From Callorhinchus milii (Eukaryota), in the NCBI RefSeq assembly GCF_018977255.1, contig NW_024704772.1, positions 124,001 through 188,000 of the forward strand: 64,000 nucleotides of DNA, read 5' to 3'. The notes below the pieces were generated by a model. It had not been told where the DNA came from, made no database searches, and worked only from the letters and a program-made list of their open reading frames with translations. This document shows positions 60,331-64,000 of the stretch, piece by piece; the stretch's first letter is position 1, and every line of letters starts with the position of its first letter. A program made the translations under genes and the position numbers.

Positions 60331-60740
60331 CACCAACTGTCACACCAACTGTCACACACCCCCTCACACACACTCTGTCACACCCCCTCACACACCCCCT
60401 CACACACACCCCCTCACACACACTCTGTCACACCCCCTCACACACACTCTGTCACACCCCTCACACACACACCCTCACACACACACCCTCACACACCCCC
60501 TCACACACACTCTCACACACCCCCTCTGTCACACACCCCCTCACACACACTCTGTCACACCCCCCTCACACACACACACACACACACACACCCCCACACA
60601 CACACACCCCACACACACATACCCCCACACACACACACCCCCTCACACACACCCCCACACACCCCCTCACACACCCCCTCACACCCTCGCACAATCCCAT
60701 ACGCACATGAACCCTCACACACAGAGTGACACACACCCCC
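60330..60740. repeat. CA/C-rich low-complexity repeat (cacacccctcacaca)
   Basis: Visible directly. Confidence 0.9.
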
Positions 60741-61892
60741 CGGGGGGTGAGGGTCTGACGTGGGTGAAGGTTAAACTCTCTATGTGCTGTTGGTGAGAAG
60801 ATTCCGCCCTTCAGCTGAGACGTCAGACTGACCCCCCACTGTGGCTACTCAGCTGTTAAACATCCCAAACAAATACACATCTCACAGTCACTACATCTCA
60901 CAGTAAATCCCACCCACAGTCACTACATAAGAACTTGCTGGACAAAAGCAGACCAAGGTCCATCCATTCCAGTTCGCTTTCCACCTGACCGTCGCTTGAC
61001 ATGTCGTGTCCCAAACTATATACGGTCTCCCCCGGATATTATCCCTAACAGAACTCTGTCTTGTTTGTTCGTGAAAAAAAACAACACTTTCTCCTTCCAC
61101 CGACTGCCTCCCGAGGGAGTCTGATCCATTATATTATTTGGTGGTATTTACTCTCTGACTTGGCTGATATTAAGCCAACAGGAGGCTGAGTTTGCTGTTG
61201 GTTATGGTCACTTCGGTGAGGGTTTATGATTGCTTTCTGTGTAGATTTGTGCTGAGGTTGGGTCTTATTCTGGACATGTGAGGAAGACTCGGGGGCCCCA
61301 GACATTGGCAGTGAGGTCTCCCATGTTCCAAAACTATTTTGACTCTGAATCCTCAGGAGCGTTATTTACCAATTTCAGGAATGTTGAGCTTGCGGAGCGG
61401 AGCGTCCTGGTGTGAATGTGTGGGGCTGCGTTTTGACAGCTAAAACCAGGGAGATCTCACTGACAGTATAAACGATCCCGTGTGTGAGGAGCCTGAGGCT
61501 AAGCTTCTCAAAGCTTCTGCTGTTGTGCTTGAGAAGTGTTTATTGCTGGTAATTTTTAAACTATAACGTTCCTTGTGCTCCTCACTACTCCCAGGTCAGG
61601 TTTGCTCCTGAACCATGCAATAATCCTGGCATTCCATGTAGTGTCTGTCTTATCACGTGTGTATGCTGTGCTGAGGGTGCCAGCTTAGTGAGCGAGTCTG
61701 TTGTGTGTGCCGCTGCGTCGCGCCTACACGCGTGTTTTGCATGGTGTGGGTCATATGCGTTGCACATGTACATGACTTGTGTTTGTATATGTACACTCTG
61801 TGTATGTGGTGAGTGTGTATGCACCTGCGCTGTCTATGTTGTCTGTGAGCGAAGTACACTGTAGATGCTGCAATAGTCCTTCTGTTTTGCAG

Positions 61893-61970
61893 GGGTTCTG
61901 GATCAAGCCAAGCTCTACAACATGGGGCCGCTGATCAAACTGGTGAAAGAGAGCAAAGCGAGATTAACAG
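61893..61970 (+). pseudogene. KCTD17: Isolated KCTD17-like exon relic
   Basis: ttttgcag|GG GTT CTG...AACAG|gtaacc encodes GVLDQAKLYNMGPLIKLVKE, versus KCTD17 [20 protein letters not shown] as recalled. Position and strand match human KCTD17 (between MPST and TMPRSS6). No other recognisable exons. Confidence 0.6.
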
Positions 61971-63518
61971 GTAACCATGGTACAGACGGCTGTGGGGGCG
62001 GGGGAGTGGTGGTGCTGCCTTTAACAAACAGGTCAGCATCTGCAGTGTCGCTATTATTTAGATAACCCTCTGGTGGTTGGGGGGGAAGAGGAGGCCAAGA
62101 GAATGTTACACAAGGTGGGGTAAATATTTAACCACAATGTGAGAGCCAGCAAAACAAGCCCTTCTCTTTGCCTTTGCCTCCAGTAATGAACACTCTCACT
62201 GGTATAACCCTCCTGTATATTATATCAGATACTCTCACAACAACAACGTGTCTGCGTATAAACATTCTTCACATGGGACAGCTTCTCGGAGTACTTAACA
62301 ATGGTGGAGCTTGACACCGAGTCGGGGAGAGAGAGGAAGGTCTACAAATATGATCTGAAGATGGAACTTCCAGGGTTTCAGGGCAAAGTGGCTGAAATAG
62401 CTGAACGGTGCAGGAACACTCTGGTGTGAGAGGCTTTAGCTGAGAACACTCCAATCTGAAATCATTCAGTTGCAATGGATGAAAGGGTCTCTGCTAAACG
62501 AAAGCCGACAACAGCATTCTGTGAGGAAAACGACCATCGTACAATTCTCTATATTAATAATAATAATCTTTGCATTTGATACAGCTCCTTATCGCGTCTT
62601 CATGACGTCCCAAAGCGCTTCACAGGATACGCTGTAAAGTGAATTAACTGTATATCTTGTGGGCGAAATGGCAGCCAATTGCACACAGCAGCGTCCCCAC
62701 AAACAGTCGTGGATTGAGCGACCACATTATTAATATGATTTTTATTTATTTTTATATTACACTATATACAATGGTGATGGGCAATGAGCAGTATCTGAAC
62801 AAAGAGCATTTGCCATTAACAGCAGCATTGGAAGAGGTTCAAGCTTTATAACTCTATCATCCAGTCTATCAATAAACAAGGCCATTCAGCCTGTCCTACA
62901 ACAATAACAACAACTGCCATTTATATAGTGCTCTTCACGCAGGGCAGGGTCTCGGAGTGCTGCTCTGTCAATGAAAGAGGAAATGCGGGGGCATCTGATT
63001 GAGGCGTTTAAAACAATGAAGGAAATCATCAACAACAACAAATTGCAGTTATATCATTTGCATATCATGTTGGAAGGCGCTGTAATTGACGAGCTAGATA
63101 GGGGCTGGTTTCTGTCTGGGGATGATGTTAAATTAGAAGTGAGATCAGGAAACAGTTCTTTACACAAAGAAGGGTGAACGCTAGGAAACCAGAGTCGTGG
63201 GAAGTTCGTGGGTTAAAGGTGAGGTGAAAAGGCAGGGAATGGGATTAAAAGATCTTCCGGAATGTAAAAAATAAAGGTGGAAAAGGCAGAACCCCTCCTG
63301 TTAATGAACAGGCTGGGTGGGCTGAATGGCCTCCTGTTGTTTCTAATATGAATGAATATATAATTGTGGTTAGCATTAGCTCTCTTCCCCCTCCCCCCAT
63401 GTCGCACTGTAACAGCCAATGAAAGAGTCCCCTTTGAATGGGTGAGGTGGGATTGGCCTGGCATTGGTGGGGTGGGGGCTGCTGACGGCAGGCGTTGTGT
63501 TGTCTGTGGTCCTGTCGC

Positions 63519-64000
<482 letters not shown>

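Noticed and set aside
60750-62340. Further KCTD17-like fragments (WVKVKL ~60761, DSESSGAL ~61341, EYLTMV ~62290)
   Set aside because: Too weak and lacking convincing splice sites; could be chance.

Overview
Eukaryotic, intron-containing vertebrate DNA. The repeat content (tRNA-headed SINEs with (TTA)n tails, L2 and CR1 fragments) and the conserved proteins suggest a cartilaginous fish, possibly a chimaera; the species is an inference. The region corresponds to human 22q12-13. Gene order: ANKRD54(-) head-to-head with EIF3L(+); bicistronic MIURF/MIEF1(+), whose MiD51 ORF has a 1-nt frameshift here; ATF4(+) with its uORF cassette; RPS19BP1(-); MPST-type sulfurtransferase(-); a UBE2I/Ubc9 gene(+) that is absent from this position in human; a KCTD17-like relic exon(+); and the 3' end of TMPRSS6(-). 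Exons were placed by hand from GT-AG sites and recalled human proteins, with no database search. Main highlights: the MIURF-MIEF1 leader with two micro-uORFs and an AUG-free LYR ORF; an extra nested uORF and a triplicated DSGxxxS degron in ATF4; tandem arrays of CTCF-like motifs flanking RPS19BP1; a divergent, probably ohnologous Ubc9; and a decayed KCTD17.
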